IMG/VR virus record: IMGVR_UViG_3300044695_008209
Coordinates: 32,001 to 96,000 of that record
From: a virus
Direction: 5' to 3' (one strand)
DNA: 64,000 bases
The notes under the pieces were generated by a model. It did no database searches. It worked only from the letters and a program-made list of their open reading frames with translations, and was not told the origin of the DNA. Of this stretch, positions 1 to 8,139 are shown piece by piece; position 1 is the stretch's first letter; every line of letters starts with the position of its first letter. The position numbers were made by a program, and so were the translations under genes.

Positions 1-76
1 GCAGGCCGAGCGGCTCGGTGCGGGAGAGGCTCTCCGCGTGGCGGAGGGTCTCGCGGGCAGAAGGGGAGAGACGCAT
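1..76 (-). CDS. 5' part of a hypothetical gene running off the window start
   Basis: ATG at 76-74 preceded by GAGGTGAAC RBS (85-77) and the CATAAG/TTAGC cassette. Confidence 0.45.
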   Translation of the reverse strand, partial: MRLSPSARETLRHAESLSRTEPLGL

Positions 77-91
77 GTTCACCTCACCATA

Positions 92-125
92 CTTATGCCC
101 AGAATCGGCCGGGGTTTGAGCTAAG
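92..125 (-). promoter_or_regulatory. Class-A putative promoter TTCTTAGC-N22-CATAAG
   Basis: Minus strand reads TTTCTTAGC-TCAAACCCCGGCCGATTCTGGG-CATAAG, then GAGGTGAAC-ATG. Confidence 0.65.
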
Positions 126-339
126 AAACGGGGGTGGGAGAGGGGGTTTCAGCTGCTCGCGCAGTTTCGCAGTGTGCACCACACCGAGCCGAGTTGCCGG
201 GGCGTCCCCCGGCGTGTGGACGCGCATCTCTGCGCGTCACTCCTCAGCAGCCCCTCTCCCGGCGTTTCTGACTGGGGCCCGCGCGGACCCCATCCCTACT
301 CCGCCAGTGCCGCCCTTCCGGGCTTCCCGTTTCCCCACG

Positions 340-579
340 TCACCACGCAGGCCCCTCGTGGACGTTGCCCTGTCCCAGACCGTGCTGGTCGAAGCGCACG
401 CCCTGCTGCAGCATCCAGGGCAGGCTCGACAGCACCTCCGCGAGGAAGAGGCTGCCGCCCGAGTCGGGCTCCCCCGGCGCCCACTCGAAGGTGCCGGGGT
501 CGTCCTCCTTGTACTTCGCCAGCGGGCGCGGCTTGCCGGCCGGGTCCGTCAGGTCGTAGGTGAGCCAGAGGTAGGTCAC
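340..579 (-). CDS. Hypothetical protein
   Basis: 79-aa ORF with GC3-rich codons, coupled to the upstream gene. Confidence 0.6.
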   Translation of the reverse strand: MTYLWLTYDLTDPAGKPRPLAKYKEDDPGTFEWAPGEPDSGGSLFLAEVLSSLPWMLQQGVRFDQHGLGQGNVHEGPAW

Positions 580-935
580 GACCCGCCCTCATCGAGGGTG
601 TGGCAGTTCGGCCGGTGCCGGCCGCGCGTTCCACCACACAGGCAGGTCGGCGGGCCCTCGTCCTCACGCGGGAGTGGCGCCGTCAGGAGGCTCGACATCG
701 CCAGGAGGAGGCCGAGTCTGCCCCCACCGCGGCGCCCGGGCTCCCCGATCTCCACCACGCGCCGCGGTGGGGGCTCCACCTTGGGCGGGACTGGCGCGGG
801 CATCGACTCCCCCGGCGCGTGATACCCGGTGCACGTGCACCCCTCGACGGGACACGCGTGTTCCTGCGGGAGCGCGCGGTGCTCGCCGCGGCGGTGCCCG
901 CAGCCGCAGAGCGCCCGGAGTTCGCGGGACGTCAC
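576..935 (-). CDS. Cys/His-rich hypothetical protein (probable Zn-binding)
   Basis: GTG start overlaps upstream TGA; CGCGH..H..H.CPVEGCTC and CLC..HRPNC motifs. Confidence 0.55.
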   Translation of the reverse strand: MTSRELRALCGCGHRRGEHRALPQEHACPVEGCTCTGYHAPGESMPAPVPPKVEPPPRRVVEIGEPGRRGGGRLGLLLAMSSLLTAPLPREDEGPPTCLCGGTRGRHRPNCHTLDEGGS

Positions 936-1360
936 TCCGCACCCCGCACGCAGATGCCCTGCTCGAAGAGCCACGCCTCGTCGACGATGAAGACGCCTGC
1001 GAGCTCGAGCGCCGCGCGCACCTTCCGCACCTTGGCGAAGTTCCCGCCGCCGATGAGGAAGACCCGGTCGTAGCCGGTCCCGTAGTGCTCGAAGATCCGC
1101 CTCCACGTCTCCAGGCGCTTCTCGAACTTTCGAGCCGCGTAGAGCCCCAGTCCGGGCAGGATCGGCATCCAGCCGATCGGCCACCCCCGCGCGTGCAGGT
1201 GGGCCAGGCCCAGGCACATGACGTCGGACCACTCCTCGCGGATGCCCGACCAGCTGCGCGCGACGAGCTCCACGCGCAACTCCTCGCACTCGCCCTTCCA
1301 GTACGCGAAGGTAACGGGGCCAGCGAGGACCTCGTGCACCAGGTGGTTGACAGTCAGCAT
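932..1360 (-). CDS. Hypothetical protein
   Basis: ATG at 1360 after GAGGTGAAC RBS and class-A promoter. Confidence 0.7.
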   Translation of the reverse strand: MLTVNHLVHEVLAGPVTFAYWKGECEELRVELVARSWSGIREEWSDVMCLGLAHLHARGWPIGWMPILPGLGLYAARKFEKRLETWRRIFEHYGTGYDRVFLIGGGNFAKVRKVRAALELAGVFIVDEAWLFEQGICVRGAE

Positions 1361-1375
1361 GTTCACCTCACTCCT

Positions 1376-1408
1376 CTTATGCCCGAAGAAGGCCGTATCT
1401 TGGCTAAA
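1376..1408 (-). promoter_or_regulatory. Class-A putative promoter TTTTAGC-N21-CATAAG
   Basis: Same bipartite motif followed by GAGGTGAAC-ATG. Confidence 0.65.
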
Positions 1409-1412
1409 AGAG

Positions 1413-1450
1413 CGCGACCACCACCGTACTCCCTTCCGGTGGTGGTCGCG
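1413..1450 (-). terminator. Hairpin terminator downstream of the tRNA-like RNA
   Basis: 14-bp stem CGCGACCACCACCG/CGGTGGTGGTCGCG followed on minus strand by CTCTTTT. Confidence 0.7.
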
Positions 1451-1466
1451 TCTTGTCCTGAAGTAG

Positions 1467-1694
1467 TGGAGGGGAGGGGACTCGAACCCCACTCGCCCGC
1501 TTCGTTCCGACCAGTTAGCCGCTCTTCGCCCCCCTGCAGGGATTCAAGATGCTGGTCCAGCGCCTCACTCAGAGCTGCGCAGACCGCGATGCGTGATTTA
1601 GGCGTGAGTCTCGACCGACTTCCTCGGTCCTCAGTTCGTGCGAGCCTCGTGTCCGTCTATTAGGACGTCCGGCACCTGCACGGATTCCCCCTCC
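1467..1694 (-). ncRNA. tRNA-like 228-nt RNA (acceptor stem plus T-arm, non-canonical interior)
   Basis: 5' GGAGGGG (1694-1688) pairs with CCCCTCC (1474-1468) plus discriminator A; T-arm GGGG-TTCGAGT-CCCC; CATAAG box just upstream (1706-1701); terminator downstream. Confidence 0.6.
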
Positions 1695-1712
1695 AGCACA
1701 CTTATGCCCGAA

Positions 1713-2156
1713 CTACGCGGCGTTTTCCACACGGAAGGTGCCGTCCGGCCAGACGATGAAGACCGGAATGCCGCGCTTCCTGGCCCTGCGGATCGTCGAC
1801 CAGGTGCCCGACCGGAGCTCTTCCTCGAACCCCGCCGGCGCGGCGATGAGGACGTCGCTCTCATCCACGATGTCCTGATTGCGGTCCAGGGGCGGCTTCG
1901 GGGGCCTCTCGCTGAGGTAGTACGGCAGCGCGTCGTGCCACTTCAGGCAGTTCGCCCGCTTCGACGGGATGTCGCATGGGTGCGCGATCACGTTGATGCT
2001 GCGGACGCCGCACAGGTAGTCGAACTCCCCATCGGCGCCGACGCAGTCGCCGTGCCGCGCGAACGAGATGTCCTGCGTGTCCGAGAGCATCTCGCCCACG
2101 CGGAGCTTCTGGGCCCCGGTCATGCCCTTCTGGGTCCCGGTGAACCCGACGATCAT
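1713..2156 (-). CDS. SLOG-superfamily (DprA/YpsA-like) nucleotide-binding protein
   Basis: IVGFTGT, HGDCVGAD, RNQDIVDESDVLIA and SGTWSTIRRARKRGIPV motifs. Confidence 0.8.
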   Translation of the reverse strand: MIVGFTGTQKGMTGAQKLRVGEMLSDTQDISFARHGDCVGADGEFDYLCGVRSINVIAHPCDIPSKRANCLKWHDALPYYLSERPPKPPLDRNQDIVDESDVLIAAPAGFEEELRSGTWSTIRRARKRGIPVFIVWPDGTFRVENAA

Positions 2157-2476
2157 CGGCCGCCCGGCGGGGAGTCGAACTCCGCGACGTCGCAGCGGTC
2201 CCAGTCACCGCAGGAGTTGTTGGCCACCAGGATCGCGACCAGCTTCCAGCGGTAGGGGCCGTAGATTCGGGTCTCGACCTCGGGATTGAAGAAGGGCGGC
2301 GTTACCTTCTGGTGCCGGATGTACCAGCGCGGCGCCGGCAGGCGTGCGAGGAACCTGTGCTTGAGCCCGCGGAAGTACCCGAGGACGAGGGACCAGAGCA
2401 CCGCTCCGGTCGAGAACAGGAAGGAGGCGAAGGCGAACTCGCCGTGGTCGTTGTGCAGGTGCTGGAGCCAGTCCAT
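2153..2476 (-). CDS. Small membrane protein
   Basis: Hydrophobic stretch FAFASFLFSTGAVLWSLVLGYF; start coupled to upstream stop. Confidence 0.6.
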   Translation of the reverse strand: MDWLQHLHNDHGEFAFASFLFSTGAVLWSLVLGYFRGLKHRFLARLPAPRWYIRHQKVTPPFFNPEVETRIYGPYRWKLVAILVANNSCGDWDRCDVAEFDSPPGGR

Positions 2477-2850
2477 CAGAGTTTCCTCCCTGCGAGCGCT
2501 GTCTCGAGCACCTGGAAGTGCCCCGTCGCGCGCAGCGCGTACTGCTGGACCCCGCGGTCGTTGACCTCGGTGTCGCCCATGTACTGCACGAACGTGGCTG
2601 CCGCACTCCTGAGGAGGTCGTAGCCCTCCAGCCGCGCGACAGCGTCGTGCTCGCCCGCGAGTGCCGCGTACTCTTCGTCGGTGATGAGCCCGGCGTCGTG
2701 CAGTGCACCGCGCTGGTGCCGTACCAGGTCGTGCTCGCGCTGCTGCGCGTCGAGGCGCGCGACCGCGCAGTTGTGGTGACCCTGCTCGCGCCAGCACCCC
2801 TCGAAGTGGGTCTGTCCGGGGTTCTCCGGGTAGGGAAACTTGGTGCCCAT
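2476..2850 (-). CDS. Hypothetical protein
   Basis: 124-aa ORF with coding-like codon usage. Confidence 0.65.
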   Translation of the reverse strand: MGTKFPYPENPGQTHFEGCWREQGHHNCAVARLDAQQREHDLVRHQRGALHDAGLITDEEYAALAGEHDAVARLEGYDLLRSAAATFVQYMGDTEVNDRGVQQYALRATGHFQVLETALAGRKL

Positions 2851-2886
2851 GGGGCCTCCGTGAGAGTGAAGGGGAGGTACCGAACG

Positions 2887-2924
2887 AGCAGGAGGGACGG
2901 CCCTTGGGGGCCGTCCCTCCTGCT
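2887..2924. terminator. Long GC-rich hairpin, probable terminator
   Basis: 17-bp stem AGCAGGAGGGACGGCCC-TTGG-GGGCCGTCCCTCCTGCT, intergenic. Confidence 0.6.
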
Positions 2925-2988
2925 GCCCTCTACTGGCCCGGCAGGCCCGCGCGGATCTTCGGCGTGCGGAGACTGGAGGGTGGAGAGA

Positions 2989-3618
2989 TCAGCCGATCGA
3001 GATCTGGCCGGGGAAGAGGCAGACCTCGGGCGAGCGAGACGCGGCCCACGTCGCCACGTCGGCCAGGAACGCCGCGCGCGCCGCCCGGTAGTCCGTCTGG
3101 ACCCCGAGGCGGACCCCGTTCGTCTGGGCCTTCACGACCACCGTGGTCGTGACGCCGTTCTTCTCGGTCGACCATGTCCAGCTCGACCGCGTCGCGTTCT
3201 TCTTCCGGGTGGTCGAGCTGTTGTCCTCGTCGTCCTCCTCCTCGCTGACCTCGATGGTCTCCTTCGAGACCTGGATCTTGGGGAGATTCTCGGGGCAGCC
3301 GAGTCGCTCGAGGAGGCGCTTCACCTCGGGCCGGTTCGAGTCCCCCTCGGCCTTGTGCACGCCTCCGTCGTCGACGGAGCGGTCGCGGTATCCGCCGTCG
3401 TACACGGCTTCCGCGTGGAGGACGCGGAGGGACACGCGGCGCTCCCCGTCCGCGTTGCGCTCCAGGAACGTGATCTGGGTGGCGAGGGAGCTGCTCTCGT
3501 GGAACAGCATCATCCCTGGGCGGTGGTGCGCGCTCAGGATGTCGGCAAGCGCGCCGGCAGCGGGCGCACCGGTGGTGTTGATGGTGATGTCGCGGGGACG
3601 GGGAGAAGACGAGGACAT
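2989..3618 (-). CDS. Hypothetical protein
   Basis: 209-aa ORF, RBS AGGAG upstream, downstream of a class-A promoter. Confidence 0.7.
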   Translation of the reverse strand: MSSSSPRPRDITINTTGAPAAGALADILSAHHRPGMMLFHESSSLATQITFLERNADGERRVSLRVLHAEAVYDGGYRDRSVDDGGVHKAEGDSNRPEVKRLLERLGCPENLPKIQVSKETIEVSEEEDDEDNSSTTRKKNATRSSWTWSTEKNGVTTTVVVKAQTNGVRLGVQTDYRAARAAFLADVATWAASRSPEVCLFPGQISIG

Positions 3619-3657
3619 GAGTGGACTCCTGAGCCGGGTAGTGGATGGCTCAAGGTG

Positions 3658-3692
3658 CTTATGTCCGGGAACATCGACGTTTGCAGGCTAAG
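3658..3692 (-). promoter_or_regulatory. Class-A putative promoter TTCTTAGC-N23-CATAAG
   Basis: Bipartite motif in an intergenic gap. Confidence 0.6.
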
Positions 3693-3794
3693 AAACAGGG
3701 TGGTCGTGGGGGCGATTGAAGTGCCCCCGCGCCGCCTACCCGTCAGCAGCCGAGCGCAGCTAAAGAGGCGGACGGGGTCGTGCCGTCGCCCCCG

Positions 3795-4154
3795 TCAGCG
3801 ACTCTCCTCTCGCAGCCACTCGGTGAGGGCCGCGATGCCGAGCTCCACCCCGTCATCGTAGAGCCGGTTCCGGCAGGTCTCCCATAGGTCAGCCACGGCC
3901 CTCCCCACCTCGGCCTCCGTCCAGGAGGCGACAGGATCACGCTCGTCGACCTCCCGCAGGTGCGCCCAGAGCGTCCCGCTCTTCGAGCTCTGGGTGAGCT
4001 CGATGTAGAAGGTCGCCTTCGCGTCGAGACCCAGGATGATGGACCCCTCGTCTACCCCCCGAACGGGAGAGACTTTTCCGCCCTCTACGGCGTCCCGAAA
4101 GACGCTGAGGATGGCCCGCATCTCTGCGGGCCCGTCCAGGTAGGAGCCGCTCAT
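3795..4154 (-). CDS. Hypothetical protein
   Basis: 119-aa ORF, ATGA overlap with the upstream gene. Confidence 0.6.
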   Translation of the reverse strand: MSGSYLDGPAEMRAILSVFRDAVEGGKVSPVRGVDEGSIILGLDAKATFYIELTQSSKSGTLWAHLREVDERDPVASWTEAEVGRAVADLWETCRNRLYDDGVELGIAALTEWLREESR

Positions 4155-4285
4155 GGCGACCCCAGGACTGAGGCCTGCCAGGCGATGATCGCCCGGTCGA
4201 CTTCGCGGGTGTCCGTCACGAGGTAGAAGACGAAGAACGCGGCCAGAGCCGTGCTCACCAGGAAGCCGAAGAAGTCACAAAGCAT
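4151..4285 (-). CDS. Small single-TM protein (44 aa)
   Basis: GGAGGTGAAC-ATG; MLCDFFGFLVSTALAAFFVFYLV hydrophobic helix. Confidence 0.6.
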   Translation of the reverse strand: MLCDFFGFLVSTALAAFFVFYLVTDTREVDRAIIAWQASVLGSP

Positions 4286-4302
4286 GTTCACCTCCGTGCT
4301 TC

Positions 4303-4620
4303 TTATGCCTCTTCGTAGTTCCCCTTTTCGTTCTTCCGGTACTTGACGGTCTCCGTCCCGCGGGAACGCAGGATGGTGTTGATGCTCCTCAGGAACGGGA
4401 GAGGCATGGTGCTGTCCTCGAGCGCCTTCGGGATGGGGACGTCGCCGAGTTCGGCGGCGCGGCCGACCAGGAGCACGAAGCGGATCTCGGTGGTGGTCTT
4501 GGGGTCGACGTACACGCCGGCGCGGACGCACTCCCAGGACACGCCGTCCTCCTCGTCGATGAGGACGTCCCCCGTCTTGGGGAAGAACTTCTTGTGACTC
4601 AGAACACCGATGGCGGGCAT
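4303..4620 (-). CDS. Hypothetical protein
   Basis: ATG at 4620 after GGAG; GC3-rich codons. Confidence 0.65.
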   Translation of the reverse strand: MPAIGVLSHKKFFPKTGDVLIDEEDGVSWECVRAGVYVDPKTTTEIRFVLLVGRAAELGDVPIPKALEDSTMPLPFLRSINTILRSRGTETVKYRKNEKGNYEEA

Positions 4621-4669
4621 GCGGACTCCAGGTGGTTTCAGTTTCGGGGTTCTTATAGCCCCTCTTGAG

Positions 4670-4700
4670 TGTGAGTACAAGTCTTGCGCGTGTACTCACA
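4670..4700. promoter_or_regulatory. Inverted pair of class-B boxes TGTGAGTACA-N11-TGTACTCACA between divergent genes
   Basis: Exact 10-mers at 4670-4679 (+) and 4691-4700 (-). Confidence 0.7.
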
Positions 4701-4718
4701 CCCGGGTATGACCCGCCC

Positions 4719-5099
4719 ATGCCAGTTCTTCACGTACCTGCTACCGGCGGCGGCCTTCAGGAGACCCACGTCTCCTCCGGGCAGTCCCTGGCAGCCGCAC
4801 TCAAGGAGCTGAACCTCCTGGGTCTGGCCGCGCAGCGCGGGATGGAACGAAGGACCTCGGCGGGGTGGGTGCGGGTCAACACCTCTCGTACCCTCCGCCC
4901 GACGGACATCATCCGGATGCGTCCGCCTGTGCAGCAGGAGCGCAAGGACCAGGGCGCCGGCGTCGCCGCCGTCCTCACGAAGCTCATGAAGGCGCTCACG
5001 CGCAAGAAGGTACCCGATGAAGTTGATCGAGCTGGTGTACGAAGGCGGCGAGGTTCTCGACCTGTGCCTCGACTCCCAGAGGGAGTACCTCCGAAGTGA
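4719..5099 (+). CDS. Hypothetical protein with possible beta-grasp (ThiS/MoaD-like) N-terminal domain
   Basis: Pattern V.SGQSLAAALKEL...VRVN....L...DIIRMRPPV; no C-terminal GG. Confidence 0.35.
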   Translation: MPVLHVPATGGGLQETHVSSGQSLAAALKELNLLGLAAQRGMERRTSAGWVRVNTSRTLRPTDIIRMRPPVQQERKDQGAGVAAVLTKLMKALTRKKVPDEVDRAGVRRRRGSRPVPRLPEGVPPK

Positions 5100-5901
5100 G
5101 CTGCGAGAGCGCTTCCTCAGCGTCGACCTTCGCGGGAAGAACGCCCTCGAGAGGAAGGTGGTGCTCCAGCGCCTCGTGGCGAAGAGCGCGGTGTTCAACA
5201 ACGTCCTGATCCGAGGGCTGTCCGGATTGGCCGAGGCATCGCAGTTCTTCACGCGATCGAGCCTGCTCCTCGACGCCCTCGGGCGGTCCGAACTCCCCGG
5301 CACCCGCGAGCTCTCCCAGTGGGCGTTCCGCACGAAGAGGGTCTTCGCCTACAGCAGCCTGATGGCCTCCGCGATCCGGGCTGCGGGCATCGGAGCCATC
5401 TCGCGCCACATCGGGCCGTGGTTCCCCACGATCGACTTCGGAGTCAGCGAGGAGGTCTCGAACAGCATCGGGGTGCTCGGGCTGGGTCGCGGCGCCCTCA
5501 TCGTGTTGGGTGACCTCAAGCGCCGGCGGGAGCAGGAGGGGCTCGAGTACGACCTGGTCACGACCGAGAGTGTCCCCGGCACCATCAAGGCCTCCTCCGC
5601 CCTCGACGTCGCAGAGCGGTGCGGCCTCCTCGTGGCGCCCTACGAGGAGATCGACAACGGCGGACCCAACGAAGCGGCGTTGCTCGCCTTGGGCACGCGG
5701 CGCGTCCTCTGCACTTCGCCGACCAGTGCCATCTACGACCTGCGCATGGACGGTCGGCTGCTGAGCGCCGCTCGCTACGAGAAGGGCAGCTACGCGGACG
5801 CCGCGCTACGCTACCAGGGCATCGAGGCGTACATGGAGGCGATCAGCTCCACGCGCCTCAACGGGTACACCATTCCGGACGAAATCCTCAGGAGACTCTG
5901 A
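5017..5901 (+). CDS. Putative GT-B fold glycosyltransferase-like protein
   Basis: CGLLVAPYEEIDNGGPNEAALLALGTRRVLCTS resembles the GT4 donor-binding segment (D..V.PY....SG....A...G.PVI.T). Confidence 0.45.
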   Translation: MKLIELVYEGGEVLDLCLDSQREYLRSELRERFLSVDLRGKNALERKVVLQRLVAKSAVFNNVLIRGLSGLAEASQFFTRSSLLLDALGRSELPGTRELSQWAFRTKRVFAYSSLMASAIRAAGIGAISRHIGPWFPTIDFGVSEEVSNSIGVLGLGRGALIVLGDLKRRREQEGLEYDLVTTESVPGTIKASSALDVAERCGLLVAPYEEIDNGGPNEAALLALGTRRVLCTSPTSAIYDLRMDGRLLSAARYEKGSYADAALRYQGIEAYMEAISSTRLNGYTIPDEILRRL

Positions 5902-6131
5902 TGCCCACCTCGAGCGAGGCCTACTCCGCGGTCCCGGTGAACCGGAACGCACGCCAGCGTCTCATGCGCGCAGCGCGTCTCGGTACCCGACCTGTCCGAG
6001 AGACCCCGAACATCGGAGACGCCGTGCGCGCCGTCAGTGCGGTGGCTGCGGTGGCCGATGGGTGGAGCAGCAGCTCCGCGCCGTTCCCGAGTGCGATGAA
6101 GGAAGCCTGGGCCGCACGGACGGAGAGGTAG
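5901..6131 (+). CDS. Hypothetical protein
   Basis: TGATG overlap with the upstream gene; 76 aa. Confidence 0.5.
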   Translation: MPTSSEAYSAVPVNRNARQRLMRAARLGTRPVRETPNIGDAVRAVSAVAAVADGWSSSSAPFPSAMKEAWAARTER

Positions 6132-6134
6132 TCA

Positions 6135-6308
6135 GTGCCGCGACTCGTCCCGCTCAACCCGGCCGTATGCCCGCATTGCCGGAAGAAGGAGACCAAGCGC
6201 CTCGGCTTCTCCGAGGGCGACAAGGGCTCGATCTGGCAGTGCAGCGCGACGGAGTGCGGGAAGACCTTCACCGTCCCTACGCTCTCCCTCGTGAAGAAAC
6301 CCGGTTGA
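6135..6308 (+). CDS. Small Ogr/Delta-like zinc-finger protein (57 aa, absent from the ORF track)
   Basis: VPRLVPLNPAVCPHCRKKETKRLGFSEGDKGSIWQCSATECGKTFTV: CxxC...CxxxxC-G-x-T-F. Confidence 0.6.
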   Translation: MPRLVPLNPAVCPHCRKKETKRLGFSEGDKGSIWQCSATECGKTFTVPTLSLVKKPG

Positions 6309-6322
6309 CAGGTGTGCTCACG

Positions 6323-6332
6323 TGTGAGTACA
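6323..6332 (+). promoter_or_regulatory. Class-B box TGTGAGTACA
   Basis: Exact 10-mer 10 nt upstream of ATG 6343; TTGACA at 6305-6310. Confidence 0.7.
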
Positions 6333-6342
6333 AGGCAGATGT

Positions 6343-6807
6343 ATGGCGTGGCCACTCGACCAGTCCCCGATTCCGGAAGTGGAGGAAGACGAAGTCGTCC
6401 CTCCCTCGGATGACATCGTGCGCGCAGCGTCTACCATGCCCGCGGGAGAGGCCAAGCGCTCGAACGCGGACGCCGTCCTCGACGCAGTTGCAGGTCGTGC
6501 ACCCTTCAAGAGACGTGACCCGCGCCTCTGTCCGAAGTGCGGATCGGCGTCGAAGACCCGCGGTTCGGTGATCGGGACCCAGACGCTCACCAGGCGCTGC
6601 CAGAACCCGAAATGCAAGAACGAGTTCATGACGGGCTCCATCCGGAACAACATCGAGGTTCCGCCTCCGCCCCCCAACCCGATGCTGCTCGGCGGCCCCT
6701 ACAAGGGCGGACCGGACCGCGGCATCGGGCGCCCTCCCATCGATCCGTACGAACCCATCAACCGCCGAGTCGCCGAGGTGATTCGCAGGAGCGTAGATGA
6801 AGACTGA
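6343..6807 (+). CDS. Protein with Ogr/Delta-like zinc finger
   Basis: CPKCGSASKTRGSV....TRRCQNPKCKNEFMT parallels P2 Ogr (CPLC..AHARTS...QCQNVNCSATFIT). Confidence 0.6.
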   Translation: MAWPLDQSPIPEVEEDEVVPPSDDIVRAASTMPAGEAKRSNADAVLDAVAGRAPFKRRDPRLCPKCGSASKTRGSVIGTQTLTRRCQNPKCKNEFMTGSIRNNIEVPPPPPNPMLLGGPYKGGPDRGIGRPPIDPYEPINRRVAEVIRRSVDED

Positions 6808-7702
6808 AGCGACCAGCTTCCCCCAGAGGGAAGACGGTGAACAGGCCTCGCGGCGACGCGCGGTACTCGAGCGCGCGAAGGCGCGTGCAGGGGCGGGCGG
6901 CGCACGTCCCGGACCGATGGAGAACGTCCCTCGGTTCGACGAAGTGCACGCCGCGGGCAAGACCATGAAGCCCGCGCCGGGACACGCCACGCCGCCGCCC
7001 GGGCTGTCCAAGGGCACCTCCGAGGCGCTCGCCGCGGTCGAGCGCGCGAACGAGGGCCGGCAGGCCCCCGCGGCGGAGCCGGAGGCCCCCGCGGAGGTGC
7101 AGGCTGAGGGGCCCCTGGACAGGGACGACATCGCCGCCCTCTTCGGCATCCCGCTCGACCGTGCCAGCGAGATCTTCAGCATCGCGTACCCGACGGCGGA
7201 CGACAACGTCTCGGTGCGTCGGCGCGTCGAGAGGCGTCTGCCCGCGCTCGACATCGGGGAGTTCCTGATGAACGGGAGTGCGACGCAGGCGGTCCCCCTG
7301 ATCCCGGTCACCGAGACCGTGAAGAAGGGCCTCACGATCACCTACCAGTCCGTGACCGAAGCCGTGGAGGCCGTGGTCGACTACCGGCTCTCCACCGAGG
7401 CCGCGAAGATCCGCAAGGAGCGGGACGGGGAGAAGTTCGTCGACGTCGAGATGTCCCAGCGGGAGTACGTGCGTCGCCAGAACGAGTACTCCCTCGCGGT
7501 CCACGTGCACGCCTACGGCGAGCAGAAGTGGCCCGCGCTCCTGACGGCGGCAGGCGCGGTCGACGAGAACTCGCTCGACTCGCGCCTGGCCAAGGTCCGG
7601 CAGATCCCCGCCCCCCTCTTCGTGATGGCCATCCAGAACCTCGCCTGGTTCCTCGACCGCGTGCAGCGGACACTGGAGGTAGCGGTTCTGGGAAATGGAT
7701 GA
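6797..7702 (+). CDS. Probable tail assembly chaperone (gpG-like)
   Basis: Ends ...VLGNG* with G-GGA-AAT slippery heptamer at 7690-7696; open -1 frame follows. Confidence 0.5.
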   Translation: MKTEATSFPQREDGEQASRRRAVLERAKARAGAGGARPGPMENVPRFDEVHAAGKTMKPAPGHATPPPGLSKGTSEALAAVERANEGRQAPAAEPEAPAEVQAEGPLDRDDIAALFGIPLDRASEIFSIAYPTADDNVSVRRRVERRLPALDIGEFLMNGSATQAVPLIPVTETVKKGLTITYQSVTEAVEAVVDYRLSTEAAKIRKERDGEKFVDVEMSQREYVRRQNEYSLAVHVHAYGEQKWPALLTAAGAVDENSLDSRLAKVRQIPAPLFVMAIQNLAWFLDRVQRTLEVAVLGNG

Positions 7703-8139
7703 AGACCCCGTTGGGTTGGGCGAGGGCTCAGCTGATCGCAGATCACCTGGTCAAGCCCCCGCCTTACGGGTCTCTCCTCGAGCTCATGTGCCTGGTCGTC
7801 CAACGCGAACGAGCACAACTCCGGGTCCTGGGGGCCCGCGCGCAAGCGCAGGCGGCACTGGGTGGAGAGAGCGCAGAAGCAGCCTTCAAGGACTTCGTCA
7901 ACGCGAGCAACCGAGTTGAGACCGAGGACGTCAAGAAGCGGCTGCAGGTGCAGCTCGAGAAGCTCAAGGAGATCAAGGAGATCAGGTTCAAGCCGATGGA
8001 AGTGACCGGGAAGCAGCTCAAGCTGCCGAAGGTGACCGCGGGACAGCTCCGGGAGGCCGGAGTCCTCACCGACCAGATGAGACCCGCAGGACTGCCACAA
8101 CGCCCGCAGAGGGCACGAACGCAGAGGATCAGCAGATGA
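7699..8139 (+). CDS. Probable gpT-like extension or downstream ORF
   Basis: Lies in the -1 frame relative to 6797-7702. Confidence 0.55.
   Translation: MKTPLGWARAQLIADHLVKPPPYGSLLELMCLVVQRERAQLRVLGARAQAQAALGGESAEAAFKDFVNASNRVETEDVKKRLQVQLEKLKEIKEIRFKPMEVTGKQLKLPKVTAGQLREAGVLTDQMRPAGLPQRPQRARTQRISR

Noticed and set aside
1467-1537. Canonical 71-nt tRNA starting at GCAGGGG, or tRNA-Sec (GTGAGGCG.CTGGAC similarity near 1555-1568)
   Set aside because: Acceptor mismatch and no paired anticodon stem or UCA anticodon; retained only as part of the larger tRNA-like finding
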